From Lingula anatina (taxonomy: Eukaryota > Animalia > Brachiopoda), in the NCBI GenBank assembly GCA_051362555.1, contig CM120640.1, positions 2,542,001-2,606,000 on the forward strand: a DNA stretch of 64,000 nt, written 5' to 3'. The notes under the pieces are model-generated. The model worked only from the letters and a program-made list of their open reading frames with translations, did no database searches and was not told the DNA's origin. Made by a program: the position numbers and the translations under genes. Of this stretch, positions 29,582 through 42,641 are shown piece by piece; positions within the stretch are counted from its first letter, which is position 1; every line of letters starts with the position of its first letter.

Positions 29582-30195
29582 CAAGTTTAAAAAGAAACTT
29601 TTATTTACATAGACACAAACATTTATTGTGCAGATGTACACATAGATGGCATTTACGTGGCATGTCATGCTTATCTGGGCTGTTTGTTTACTGCAGTTGT
29701 TTGTAGTAAAGACAGAACGTTTTGTTGTTGAATAAAATTTTTATTAAGTTTTCGACTTCTATCCAATTGGACAGTGCGACTGTTTACATATATTTATTAA
29801 AACATTCTTTCAATTAGCTCAGAATTACACTCAATTTATAAAAAATATATTCCTGATAAAACAACTTTATAAAAACTTAATGGACTGACTCAAAATAAAA
29901 TGGCAAACTTACTTTGTTTCATGAAATCTTTCCAAGAATAAATTGTAAGCAGGGGATCATTAAAATTTTTCTTTTACAAAAATGCAGCAGCTTGCATATA
30001 AAAATAAATTTTAAAAATCTCAGTAGTTTCTGCACTGTTTGGATAATAACACTCGAATGCAGGACAATTATTTTTATGTGAAAATAAAAGTTGTCCATAG
30101 TCTACAAATCTGCATATAACAACTGCGAAACGAGACATTGTTGATAGTTCAATATTCCTACATACAAATATAAACATTCAAAGTGTCAACACAGT

Positions 30196-33100
30196 TCATA
30201 AATTAAAATCAAAAGGCTGAAATGCTGTTCTCAATTCCTTTGCCATGTTGGTTTCCTCCTCTTTGCTATACTTGCAATTCCTCCAATCCACCCTGTCAAG
30301 CATATTCAGCAGCTCTGGGCTTGCAAGAGCCTCTCTGAAAAAATGCCAATTACCATAACTTGAATGAAAACTAGCAACAAAAACTACTAAGAGACTCAAA
30401 AATAGTTATGAGTTCAATTTAATGTAGACCCTTTGTCAGCACATGTATCATGACCCTTTTTCTTCCACCAACTGGAGTGATTAGTCTGACTCACTTAAGG
30501 CCTCTATTTCAAACACTGTAGCAGGCCCATAGTCAGCAATTTCAAAGGGGAGTTATCTTATACCATGAAACATTTGTATACATAGATCAAATTTTACCCA
30601 GAGCAGACCTTTTCCCAACAAAAAGGGTGGTTCTTTTTGACTGCCCTCCTACTACTTGCCTGTGAAGCAACTTATGTTATGTATACTGATGGAAAAAAAA
30701 TGTCAACACACCTGCCAAACTGAAGTGGAAAGTTCTTTGAGATTCTGTGAAGCAGTTTGTCACCTGTTGGAAGTTCTGCATAAAAGTAAGGAGCACCAAC
30801 AGGAACTATCTGAAAATATTGATTACATTTTTTAAAACATTTTTTTTTTTTTTTGAAAATTAGACTTTAAATGTATGCAATATTTTAATGGCAGACTCTC
30901 GTGAACAATCCCCATTTCATTTTAAAACTCACCTGTTTCAGATCAGAAAGCTTTGGAATTTCATGGAGCTCTAACTTTTGAAATGATGCACACTCATCAA
31001 AAACTTGTTTCACATCTTGTACATGATCTCTTTCAATTGGACAGGCCTGAAAATGTGAAAATATTACACACAAAAGTCTACTACTGTAAACAAAAGTTAC
31101 TTCTGTAATTTATATTTTGATGTTTTGCAAATTTTGATTTCACATCCATGCACTTTGAATCTGTCTAATGTTTAAAATGTAAACATAAAATTTATTTTAC
31201 ACCTACCTGAATCTGCAGATGCTGAGTACGAAAATTCCTTTCAAAAAACACTGCTGCTTTTCCTAAACTCTTATAGAATTTTTTCAAAGCTGATTTGAAT
31301 GTGAAGAAAGGTTAAGAAGATAAAAGGTACATATTTGAACCCCACCCCTCTTCTACAAACACACCTGCAGTAATGCCCCATATGAAATATGTCAAACAAA
31401 TATTCTCAATACAGCCAAAAAACGTGTAAAAAAACTCGTTACCTACACAATCTATTCCAATGTTTATGATAATTTTAAGTAAAGAAATACTGGTGCTTCT
31501 GTAAGGGAAAGGATATTGTTCTATTTCACTCCTCACATCATCTGGTAGTGACACTGTCGACTGGTAGTGACCAATGGGTAAAATCAAGACGTGCTCTGGA
31601 ACCAGTGGACCCTTGGCCAGGGCTAAATATACCTGTAAGAAAATACACAGAAATCAATTCAAAATACAATTACTAAAGATAAGTCAGGGTCAAACTTACA
31701 ATTCTAAATCAACCACACTATGAAAGCATGCAGCAGTTTACCTGAGTTCCAATACTGATCACCAGGTGCTTCTCCACTTCTGGACTTCCAAGACAGAACC
31801 AACAAGGCCCTGTTGGTTGAGCTAGAAAATTGAAACAGGAGTTGTAAAATTTGGTTAACAATCAAAAATATCTTAGAAAGAAATTAAATGTGAGAGCAAT
31901 AATGTTTAGTTAAATCAAACTCTAACTGGACCAAGAATGCTTCTACCAAGTTGTATTTTCTACTAAGGTCATGAGGTCTTATAACATAATCTTTTTCACT
32001 TTATTCTACCCTTTTCAGAATCATGGGTTGCTGACAGATACTTGTTATATTTCTTTTAAGTGATGTGTTAAAACAGGTGATTTTAAAAATCCAAGGTTAT
32101 TATAGACCCTTAACCTCTACATACGTGGCTTTCTCTGTTGTTTTTTCTCTGGTGGTCCTTTTGTCTTGTCCCCTGGCCTTTTCTTCCCTTGGCCACCACT
32201 CATATCATAAAAGAACTGAGTACTTGATTCTTCCTGTAATATCCAATGGAAGCAACATACTAATTCAACAGTAAACCTGGGGCCATTCTGCAGTATTTTT
32301 CATTCCAAAAAATTCCTGCCCCCTCCCCCTGTTAAAATACAATAAAATACACATATATCTTTTACAGAACTGATATTCTCAATTAAGTTATACAGTGATA
32401 TTTCTCACTGCAATCAAAATAATTTACTGAAAAAGTAATTCCACAGTCAGGGTAAAATATATTGTGTAAATGTCCTTAAAAAGATGGATTTTTATATAGT
32501 TATGTGAAAGATATGGTTTTAACAGATCAGACTACAATAAAAAAAATCCACCTGTGCCTTAGGTTTGGCCTGTACTGGTATATTTTTATAAGGGCACTCT
32601 GTCACGTCCTCCGGTTGCTTCACCAGCTCCTCAGAGTTCATTTTATTCAGAGGTACAATATTCATTGCATATAACCACTGAAAAAATCAAAACCTTCAAT
32701 AAAAACTGCTTTCTTTCCTTAAAAATTTGAAATTAAAATATGAGAGTGGACATTGTTATGGTATAATTAACTGTAAAGTGTTGTCTTGAAGAAAACTGTC
32801 ACTTTATTTTTTTTCAAAACATATATATATGTTAAAAAACATTCTTACTTTTTTCTTTTCTTTGTTTCCCACTTTGGCAAGAGCAAGAAACCGTGTTACA
32901 TGTTTTGCGCTCTCTGCTAAAACTTTGTGATTTCTGAAATATGCAAACATCCCAACAGTAAGTCATGCCATTGTGTGAAATTCAAGTAAAAATGAACACA
33001 AAACAATTTCAATTTTTATTTCTTTTGAAATCCATATGAATGAATAAGTAGAACAAATGTTTCTTACCTGTATGGCTGTCTTTCATAAAATGTCCCCTCT

Positions 33101-34965
33101 AGGCCAGAGAAATGGTACCTGGGTTTGAGATCCACTGCTAATTGTGCAATAAAGGAAGAACCAGTTGTATTGCTGTCAACTTCTTCCTACAGGCACCAAG
33201 AGGACAGATTTTATATCTTTGTATATATGTCAACATAACTCAACATAATAACTGTAGGATGAATTGATAGCACAAAGAAGCTACATATAAATAGTTATTA
33301 ACAAAACTATGTCAAAATATTATTTCTTCTCTGACTTCTTACGGTAGTCTTTGAACACAAATTCCACTTACTGCTTTAGATCCATACTTTTCCACACCCC
33401 TGGGCCATTGAGATGTTAATAAAATATCCACACCTTTGTAATTTGAAGAATCTGTTTGAAGGGGTACCCTGATAGAATTCAAATCTTCACTTGAAAAATG
33501 GGAGGCATCACTTTCATCTCCCTCCTTTCCACTGAGATAGGCTATCTGTAAACCTGAGCTGCCACTGAAGACACCCTTCTTCCCTGGAAAAATTGTTTTA
33601 TAAGATCACAGTTCCAGTAATCATGTGAAAAAGTATGAAAAAATAACAAAAAACTAAATCAAAAGAAAATAACTTACCTAAATATGTAATGTTATCACAG
33701 AGTTCAGTACCATTAACATCTTTAAAATGATCTCCATGATGTTCCTTGCTAGGTCCAAGAATAAATGTGGATATTGGTGCTGAAAAAGAAAAAAACAGGG
33801 ATTCACACAGACTTGTCAATCTAACATATGAACACAAGTAACGTTTCTTTGTTTATATGTAAAATGCAACACAGGCAAATTATTTTTTATAAAGTAGTCT
33901 ATCAGAACAGTGCATCATTAATATTATGCTACCGTATGTGCATCTTACCCAAAGATGCCAAGTGCTTCTTGACTTGAACTAAAAAACAAATCTGATAGGA
34001 AAGACTAACCTTTGAGGTTACCCTTAAGATATTGCTGAAATTCTTCATCAGAATCACCAAAGAAATCTCCAACACACAACAGCATCTAAAACATGAAAGT
34101 CAATGTGCAAGTAAGTTTTTTTCTAAAGGTTCTAGATATACAATATACAATAGGTAACATGAAAATTCATGTGTTTGCAATCCTATATTCATTTCCTGGT
34201 ATGTACAGATGTGCAACAATACATGTGTGTGTGTGTGTGTGTGTGTGTGCGCAGGAGTGTCAATGCATGAATTTCCTTGATATACAAGAGGTTTAATTTT
34301 ATTAAATTGAAAGTGCCATTTGCAACAAAATTAACATATTTGTGTACAGAAAAATTCGTAGAATATTTGTTACGTTCAAGCAAAAACTCTTGCTTATTCA
34401 TAACTTTATTAAATGACAGAATATCAATCTTAATTGAACACAATGTGTGGAGTTCACTTACATCAAATGGCCCGCCTTTCTTCTGTATGGTATTTATCCT
34501 ATTATACAACTGTGTTAACTTTCCTTCTACATCCCCACTAACTAAACTGGTAATGTGAAAATTAATGAAGAGATTAAAAAAAACATTACAACATCTAACC
34601 TTTCTAACATATTGAACATTTAAATTGTTAAAAAATTTAACTACAAAATTTTAATTGAAAAAAGCATCAAAGAAAAATTGTTTTACATTATTTTAATTTT
34701 CAATAACCACAATATTTGACTGTGAAATTTCGAACGCGGAATTGGGTATAACGTAGTAACTGTTACCGTTATAACTGTTATAGGGTCTGTTATAACTTAT
34801 TCTGTGGGATTTTTTCAGAAGCTGTATTTCCAATCAACTTGAGAGTAACGTGAAAGTGCGGTATATTCGGATTTATCACTTAGAGTGAAAGCAGCGGAGT
34901 CCCATAACGTTAATAATGTTACAAATACCAGATATAACTTACATCTTTAATGGCGTAGTCGACAT
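30196..34965 (-). CDS. CWF19L1: CWF19-like protein 1 (debranching-enzyme partner, metallophosphatase-like plus HIT-like CwfJ domains), multi-exon
   Basis: Translation gives MSTTPLKI|LVSGDVEGK...KKGGPFD|[75 protein letters not shown] and the C-terminal FQPFDFNL. Confidence 0.95.
31301..31516 (-). other. U12-type (minor spliceosome) AT-AC intron in CWF19L1
   Basis: The 5' splice site is |ATATCCTTT, the branch point TTCTTAAC lies about 10 nt before the terminal CAC|, and splicing restores [12 protein letters not shown] in frame. Confidence 0.9.
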
Positions 34966-35698
34966 TTTTCTTTGATCCTTCAGTAAAACCGGCAGACTGT
35001 ACAAACGTGACAATATTACAGGAAAGTTTACAAAAACATGTGTCTCGTCTTGTTGAAAATGACAACCGCTGTTTGCCGATGTTACCTTTCTATTTACTGA
35101 CGTTAGTTGTGACTTACGTTAAATTTATATCATATATTTTTTATTGTATAGCTCATCAAAATATTTTTGAATATTCAAAACCATCACAACTACCCACGTT
35201 TAGCCACGTTTATCCATTAACATTATTAAAATTTGGCTTGTCCTGAATATAATAGGACAGATGCTTTATCGAAGAACATGTCATTCCCTTTTCCTCTCTT
35301 CTGCTTCTGTAGTTTTACGAAATAAGGTTTTAGATTTATTTAAACGTATCTTTAAAATACAACCAGGGGTGTCATGGTGAGTATTATATAACTTTTTGGA
35401 AAGAGTGTAACTGTACAATGACGTGTCACCATCACTTTATGCGACGATCCAACTTTAAAAACATTAGAGGATGCAAGGGAAACACTCCACAGACAAAAAC
35501 CATACTCAATGATATTCCATAACACGAAATTCACGGTATCCCCAAATAGCCCGAAATTCGTGCGTTAGGATCTTTCATTTTAATCATCATTTTCACAATT
35601 TTACAAACCGCACGCTGGGTGGAGGGGGTTAATGCCCTCTATAATACACTAAAAAAAAAAGATTATCCAAATTGCTGTTTTATATGTAGGTCATCATT

Positions 35699-35840
35699 CG
35701 GTCCTACTACTTACCGGAATCAACTGTATTTACCGGAATCAACCGAAATCAAGTATAAATACCTATTTATGTATCATTTTACAACTTGATTCCGGTTGAT
35801 TCCGGTAAATACAGTTGATTCCGGTAAGTAGTAGAACCCG
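35699..35840. mobile_element. 142-bp MITE with about 57-bp TIRs and 9-bp target-site duplication (Mutator-like)
   Basis: GTCATCATT is duplicated at 35690-35698 and 35841-35849. The arm cggtcctactacttaccggaatcaactgtatttaccggaatcaacc... is matched by its near-perfect reverse complement. Confidence 0.85.
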
Positions 35841-36021
35841 GTCATCATTTTTAGCTTTTCAGCTTGAACAATGTACATGCACTCTCTGAAGGAAGGGGGT
35901 GGGCTTCTGGAAAAAAAATATTTTTTGTAGACTTGTGGAAATCATGTTTAAAATGGATAACCCCTTAGTACTCCTATTGGCAATTTTTGAATATGCACAT
36001 TAGTGTGCTACATGACCCTAG

Positions 36022-36506
36022 CACGGTGTGACTGAAATGCGCAATACACCGCAATACAGCGCAACACAGTGCAACACAGTGCAATACACTTCAAAAATCA
36101 AATCCAGTTGCAATTACACAAAAGAAATGACCATTCCCAGCAAAGTAGGGTGATATAAAAACAACCTATATATTACTAGGTAAGTAATATCGTTGATATA
36201 ACTTAACAAATCAGCAAGACTTTTATATTGTCCGGTTGGCAGCCATGTTGGCGAGTGGCTCTTCTTGGATATATTACTGGCCAAGAAGAGCTACTCGCCA
36301 ACATGGCGGCTGACCAAACAATGAAAAAATTGTCAAGTTGTATCAGCAATATTAATTACTATGTACTATATTTTGCTTTTATATCACCCTATTTTATTTG
36401 AGATTACCCTTTCCTGTGTTTACTTGCAACTGGACTTGTGTTATCAAGTGTATTGCGCTGTGTTGCGCTGTATTGCAGTGTATTGCCCATTTCAGTCACA
36501 CCCATG
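36022..36506. mobile_element. About 485-bp foldback/palindromic non-autonomous element
   Basis: Arms pair along the whole length (ggtgtgactgaaat.../...atttcagtcacacc; gccatgttggcgagt-gctcttcttgg/ccaagaagagc-actcgccaacatggc) around a loop of about 12 nt at 36270-36280. Confidence 0.8.
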
Positions 36507-37050
36507 ATGGAAGTCACAGACATCATAACAGTGAAGTTGTTAAAGCTAATGGAAAAGAACAATACAGAGTCATTGCCATTGATATGCACAGACACCTTGT
36601 ATTTATACTATAGGGCATGGTCAGTACCACATGTCCATTACTGCTGGTTTCTCAGACTTTGAAACTGTTTGATGGATTAGAAAAAAAGCACTTGAACTTT
36701 AAAGATGTGTTTCATTTAACATGAAACATATATGGCTTGGGTTTAATGATATACATCATTTATTGTAGGGATGAAAGTACAACTATAAAACCGAAGGAAC
36801 ACTTGTAGTGGAGTCTTGGGGAGAGAAGTACTAGTGCTATGATACAAGATATCCTGAGAGTTGCAGTTGTGCCACAGATGAAAAGATTCACACAGGAGAT
36901 AAACCATATAAATGTCAGGGCATTGGTAGACAGTAAAGTGAATGAAGCCAGAAAGACTCACAGAGAAAGACTCACAGAGATGAAAAGCCACTCAAATGAC
37001 AGTTCTTTGAAAAGAGATATGGTTACAATTGTCATTGTATATGGCATGAA

Positions 37051-38403
37051 ATGACTCCCACTGGAGAAAAACCCTTTAAATGCCAGTTCTGTGAAAAGGC
37101 ATTCATTACAAAATCTTTATGTACACAACATAACAGGATTCACACTGTAGAAAGACAATTTAAATGTCAGTTATGTGAAAAGACATTTATAACAAAATCT
37201 TTGTGTAAAAAACATGAAATAACTCACACTGGTGAAAAACCATTTCATTGTCAGTACTGCGAAAAAACATTTATTACAAAATCTTTATGTAAACGACATG
37301 AGAGAATTCACACTGGAGAAAGACCATTCAAATGTCAGTACTGTGAAGAGACATTCATTACAAAATATGCCTGTATGCGACATGAGAGGACTCACACTGG
37401 AGAAAAGCCGTTTGTATGCCAGTACTGTGAAAAGACATTCATTACAAAGTCTGTATGTAAAAAACATGAAATAACTCACACTGGAGAAAAACCATTTACT
37501 TGCCAGTACTGTGTAAAAACTTTTATAACAAAATATACACGTATACAGCATGAGAGGACACACACTGGAGAAAGACCTTTTAAATGTCAGTTTTGTGAAA
37601 AGGCTTACATAATAAGATATGACTGTAAACAGCATGAGAGGACTCACAGTAGAGAAAAACCATTTAAATGTCAGTACTGTGAAGAAAGATTCTCTGCTAA
37701 AAAAGCATGTAAAGGACATGAAATGACTCACACTGGAGAAAAACCATTTAAATGCCAGTATTGTGAAAAGAAGTTCATTACAAAATATGCTTGTAAACAG
37801 CATGAGAGGATTCACACTGGAGAGAGACCATTTGAATGTCAGTTCTGTGAAAAGAAGTTCATTGCAAAATATGCATGTAAGCAACATGAAATCACTCACA
37901 CGGAAGAAAAAATGTTTAAGTGTCAATACTGTGAAAAAAGGTTTCATAGGAAAGAAGGATGTAAACAACATGAAAAAACTCACACCACAGAAAACCCATT
38001 TAAGTGTCAGTACTGTGACAAGAGGTATCCTACCAAGTTTATTTGTAATCAACATGAGGCATTTCATAGCAGTGATAACCCACTCAAATGGAATAGTGTT
38101 CCTGGGGTAAATGGGGACAGTAGTACTGCACAAAGAATAATAGAAAATCATAGAGGAATAAAACAAAACAATCCTGTCTTGTCTAAAACAGAGAGTGGGG
38201 TGTTGCTTATTTCAGTGAAAAAGGAATTTCTGGATGTAACTGCAGCACAAGAGGCAAATGAAAAACCAAATGAATCATGTACAGAGACATGGGCCATACA
38301 ACACTCTGTGAAAACCGAGGATAATATTGCTGCTCTGGAAGTGCTACCTGAGATATATCCTGTTGCTATGTTTAGAAATGTTTTTGCAGGTGATAATAGA
38401 TAA
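37051..38403 (+). CDS. Tandem C2H2 zinc finger protein with 12 fingers, single coding exon
   Basis: Twelve CQxCEKxF...H...H repeats with TGEK/RPF linkers form a 450-aa ORF. Decayed fingers lie immediately upstream. Confidence 0.88.
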   Translation: MTPTGEKPFKCQFCEKAFITKSLCTQHNRIHTVERQFKCQLCEKTFITKSLCKKHEITHTGEKPFHCQYCEKTFITKSLCKRHERIHTGERPFKCQYCEETFITKYACMRHERTHTGEKPFVCQYCEKTFITKSVCKKHEITHTGEKPFTCQYCVKTFITKYTRIQHERTHTGERPFKCQFCEKAYIIRYDCKQHERTHSREKPFKCQYCEERFSAKKACKGHEMTHTGEKPFKCQYCEKKFITKYACKQHERIHTGERPFECQFCEKKFIAKYACKQHEITHTEEKMFKCQYCEKRFHRKEGCKQHEKTHTTENPFKCQYCDKRYPTKFICNQHEAFHSSDNPLKWNSVPGVNGDSSTAQRIIENHRGIKQNNPVLSKTESGVLLISVKKEFLDVTAAQEANEKPNESCTETWAIQHSVKTEDNIAALEVLPEIYPVAMFRNVFAGDNR

Positions 38404-39110
38404 TGCATAAAGCAGTATCATGAAAGGGATAATAACTCTTCGTTTTGGCCAAAAAATGAATTTTCCTGGAGTAAACAATAATTTTTCCATACTTACCAAT
38501 GGTTAATGAATCCATTTTTATATTCAAAGTTAGTCCCTGTTTTTTTTTTTTTTAATCTCTTAAGAGATTATAACAGAGTATAGCCATCTATGGAGGTCAC
38601 GTGGTCTAAAGACAAGCTCAGATATCAGAATACAAAGAGTAATTATCCCTTTAAGGTCTACCCTTTAACTTTGATTATGAATGCGGTTTCTTTTACAAGG
38701 CAGCAAAGCTGTCAAATGAACAGACAGAAAAAAACAAAATAAAGATGCAGAAAATAGATCATTTTGTCAATTTTGATGCAATAATAAATAATGCTTATAA
38801 TAGCACAGTCAATCAACAATGAATTTTTATCATGCAAAACAATCTTCATAAGACAGTCTCAATCTGCCCTTGCAATAACATTACAGTTTCAGGACCATGA
38901 GAGTTCAAATTCACATAATGAAAATCCCAATATTTGAAAAATGATGACAGTGCATAAAATAGTATTACATAATATTTAAAGACATAAATATCAATATAAC
39001 TGCTTATGTGGAAATACAGAAAATGTGCAGAACTTCAGGTGGATTGGAGTTAAAAGTCATATATTAAAAATGCCAGTGTTTCAAAAAAAAAAATTAAAAA
39101 GAAAACAACA

Positions 39111-39714
39111 TACTAGAAAAGCACTCCGAGAGCCTCTGATTATTGATTGATTATTGACCTGGATCACCACCAAAAACTAATCACTTCTAAGTTAACCCAT
39201 TTCTGACCTACCCTGAAAAATTCATCAAAATCGGTCCATAACTTTTTGAGTTATGTTGATGATTGATTTTTTATTATTGATTGATTATTGATCAGGATCA
39301 CCACCAAAAACTAATCACTTCTAAGTTAACCCATTTCTGACCTACCCTGAAAATTTCATCAAAATCGGTCCATAACTTTTTGAGTTATGTTGATGATTGA
39401 TTTTTGATTATTGATTGATTATTGATCAGGATCACCACCAAAAACTAATCACTTCTAAGTTAACCCATTTCTGACCTACCCTGAAAATTTCATCAAAATC
39501 GGTCCATAACTTTTTGAGTTATGTTGATGATTGATTTTTGATTATTGATTGATTATTGATCCGGATCACCACCAAAAACTAACCATCTGTCCCTTGGCCC
39601 ACTTCTGACAGTTCCTGAAAATTTCATTAAAATCGGTCTTTAACTTTATGAGTTATGTTGATGACAGACAAACAAACAGGGGTGAAAACATAACCTCCTT
39701 GGCGAAGGTAAAAA
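39111..39714. mobile_element. Non-autonomous Helentron/Helitron-type element (HINE-like) carrying 4 x 134-bp tandem repeats
   Basis: The unit anchor ggatcaccaccaaaaact recurs at 39161, 39295, 39429 and 39563. The element starts actagaaaagcactc and ends with a GACA/AACA microsatellite plus the short hairpin acctccttggcgaaggt and an A-run, which is the layout of HINE-type elements. Confidence 0.7.
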
Positions 39715-40230
39715 TAGTCCGATCAAGCTGATTTTCGAACTTGACCTGCGTATTATGAATATTCATCGGTTCTGTAAGTTTAAAGTCAAGGTAAAACGGT
39801 TTTCCAACTATCGTGTTATCGGTGTTGCATGCATGCTGAAACAAGGAAAAAACAGCATTAAACTTCCATAAAAATGGCCCGATCAAGCTGATTTTCGAAC
39901 TTGACCTGCGTATTATGAAAATTCATCAGTTCTGTAAGTTGAAAGTCAAAAGGTAAAACGGTTTTCCAACTATCGTGTTATCGGTGTTGCATGTATGCTG
40001 AAAAAAGGAAAAAAACAGCATTAAACTTCCATAAAAATGTCCCGATCAGCCTGATTTTCGAACTTGACCTGCGTATTATGAATATTCATTAGTTCTGTAA
40101 GTTTCAAGCCAGAAAGTAGAACGGTTTTTACCTATCGTGTTATCGGTCAAAGTGCACGGAGACGACGGCGACGACAGACGCAGGTGACAGCTATATGTAC
40201 AGGCATTATCCCGCATTATCTGTGCCCCCG
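39715..40230. repeat. About 160-bp satellite-like array (~2.7 units) with HINE-like GACG-rich tail
   Basis: ccgatcaagctgattttcgaacttgacctgcgtattatg recurs at about 39719, 39879 and 40042, followed by gacgacggcgacgacagacg. Confidence 0.8.
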
Positions 40231-40782
40231 ACCCCTTCTCTAAATCCGCCATTGTAATAATATGATAATAAAAATTGAATACAACTTTGAATTCATTCAG
40301 TTTTATTTTTGGACTCTTTAGCATGTGAAATGCACCTCTATATTGGGTTTGGGTGTCTAGCTTTTTCCATATTTGTACTCGACCTGCACATGAACAATGT
40401 AGACCTACTTTTCCTTATTAGGAAGTTGACCTCTGGTAGCTTGATGATATAAAATCAATGACACAGTCTCTATACCAAATATGGATAAAGAAAACGTAGT
40501 AGTACCAAACACAGCATTTGATAACCGATTTGATTACCAAAAAAGGTGCCGAATTATTATTGATTCGTAACGTTACATGCTGGTTGATTCATGCAGGGGT
40601 ATTTTTGAGCACACCTGTGACAGGTTTCCTTTTAAAGAGACTTGTATTTGTGGAGGGAATGCGTATAAATAGTCCTGAAATACATCGCTAGTAGTTATAT
40701 TGGACCGAAAAGCGCATAGAGAGAGAGAGAGAAAACGTTCAATAAATAAAACTACGCCTGCAAGTTTATACCAATAGTCAAA

Positions 40783-41816
40783 ATGGTAAGGTGTTAGATT
40801 CTCATGTTATTTAACTTTAAAGTAATGTAAAGTTAACGTTTATTGTTTTAAAACATACTTAGGTAGCAAAGAGCTCTTTTTTGTGTTAATGAACAAATCA
40901 TTCCAAGGCTTCAGGGAGCGGTAATTGGGCTTCCTATGTAAGTGATAGTTATGGACAGATAAATTGTAAATCGTAATTGTGAAGCTTTCTTCTTTGTACC
41001 GTCCTCGTGGCCTCAAGGTTTCCATTAGTTTATGGACTGTTTGATTCTTCAACCATGCCTTGAATTTTTCAGTCTTCTGGAGTTCAAGTACTAGAGGAAT
41101 GCCTGACAGCCTATAATGACATCAAAATGAATAAAAAATATGTCTATGTCATCTTTAAAATCGTAGACCATAATGGCAAGGCGCTCTCCGCGATTGGTGT
41201 AGATCGTACTAGATGCAGTACTGGCCAAAAAGATCAGGAAGAACAAGGTTTGTTGAAACTACTAATTAGCTTTTAAAATATTACCAATAAATACCCCTTT
41301 ACTGTTTTTAAAGTGTATGTATTGGAAAAGATACGTGGGGTCTGGGCCCGAAAAGTTTTTGATATTTTAGAGGGCCGTTGGTGTGATTTTTTTTTTCAGA
41401 AATCGAAGAAGGGGTCAGGACCCCCCTGACACCCCCCTAAATACGGCGCCGAATGTAGTGCATCTTGCACAGTGTATGTACTCGTAGTCTCTGGCAATGG
41501 TAAAACTTGAATATTAATATTAATTCTGAATATATTCTTAGTAATTAACGATAAAAACATTTTCATAACTTTATTGTTCATTGGATTCCCACATTCATAT
41601 GTTTAAATTGTATTGCAGATAAGGCCTATCAAGAATTCCTTGATTACTTAAGAGATACAGAAGAAAAAAGAGAGTGCTGTTACGCTCTTTTTGACTATGG
41701 GTACGTACAGGAAAATTCAACGTGGAAGAGCTCTACTATTTTTTTCAGCTGGTGAGTAATTATACCATAATTCATTTACGAGAAAAGTAAATCTTAATGA
41801 ACTTCTTATACTAAAA

Positions 41817-41881
<65 letters not shown>

Positions 41882-42641
41882 ATGTAATACGTAGTCAACT
41901 TTTTTTATTTACATCATGTATTCTAGTCAATATTAAAATTAATAGCTCAATTGGAAAGGTGCATTAAATGTGTCATTGTTTGCTTGTTGAAATAAATTAT
42001 AATGAATAATTTATATTTGTCCTCTTGTTGTTGAATCTCATCCTGCAGCACTGTTCTCCTACAATGAGCTATGCAGTTCTGTGACTGTACTAGTTAAATG
42101 ATAAATTATATCTCAATAATTTTGAAATTTTCATATTTATGAAGTCTTATGGTGTACTTAACCATTTATATTTATTATTTTACATTTGTATAGCCTTTTT
42201 TTAATTCAAGCCCATATGCCTTTATTGAGCCAATTTTTGTTTACTGGTTTGACAAGAAGTGTTTTATTGTGCAGGGGGAAATATTTGTTCATACTGATGG
42301 GAGAAACGAACAATATATCAGCTAAGGAGAAATGTTGTTTTCTGACACTTAAAGGGATAACTCTTCGTATTAGATCGTGCATGCTGTATTCATTTGTTAA
42401 TAGTAAACTGCCTTTTTGGGGTTGGGGAAGATTACATATCACCTGACTCTAGTACATTGTTTTCTTTCGTAGGAGTCCTGAGAATGCAACAATTAAACAG
42501 AAGATGTTGTATACAGCCAGCGTCAAAGACTTTATTGCAAAGTTGGAAGGAATTGGCAAGAGCATTCAAGCCAACTCAATGGATGATGTGGCCGAATCTA
42601 CAGTAAAAGCCAAGTGTTTGAAGTCATCACGTGCTACCTAA
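40783..42641 (+). CDS. Actin-depolymerizing factor/cofilin family protein; exons 40783-40785 (ATG only), 41073-41247, 41619-41751, 42472-42641
   Basis: Translation gives M|SSGVQVLEECLTAYNDIKMNKKYVYVIFKI...ECCYALFDY...IFFSWSPENATIKQKMLYTAS...IQANSMDDV. An ATG-only first exon is typical of ADF/cofilin genes. TATAAA is at about 40664. Confidence 0.9.
41818..41878. repeat. (TA)n microsatellite
   Basis: Perfect dinucleotide run. Confidence 0.95.

Noticed and set aside
37285-38166. 293-aa antisense ORF
   Set aside because: It is the usual stop-poor antisense shadow of a C2H2 array and has no independent signals.
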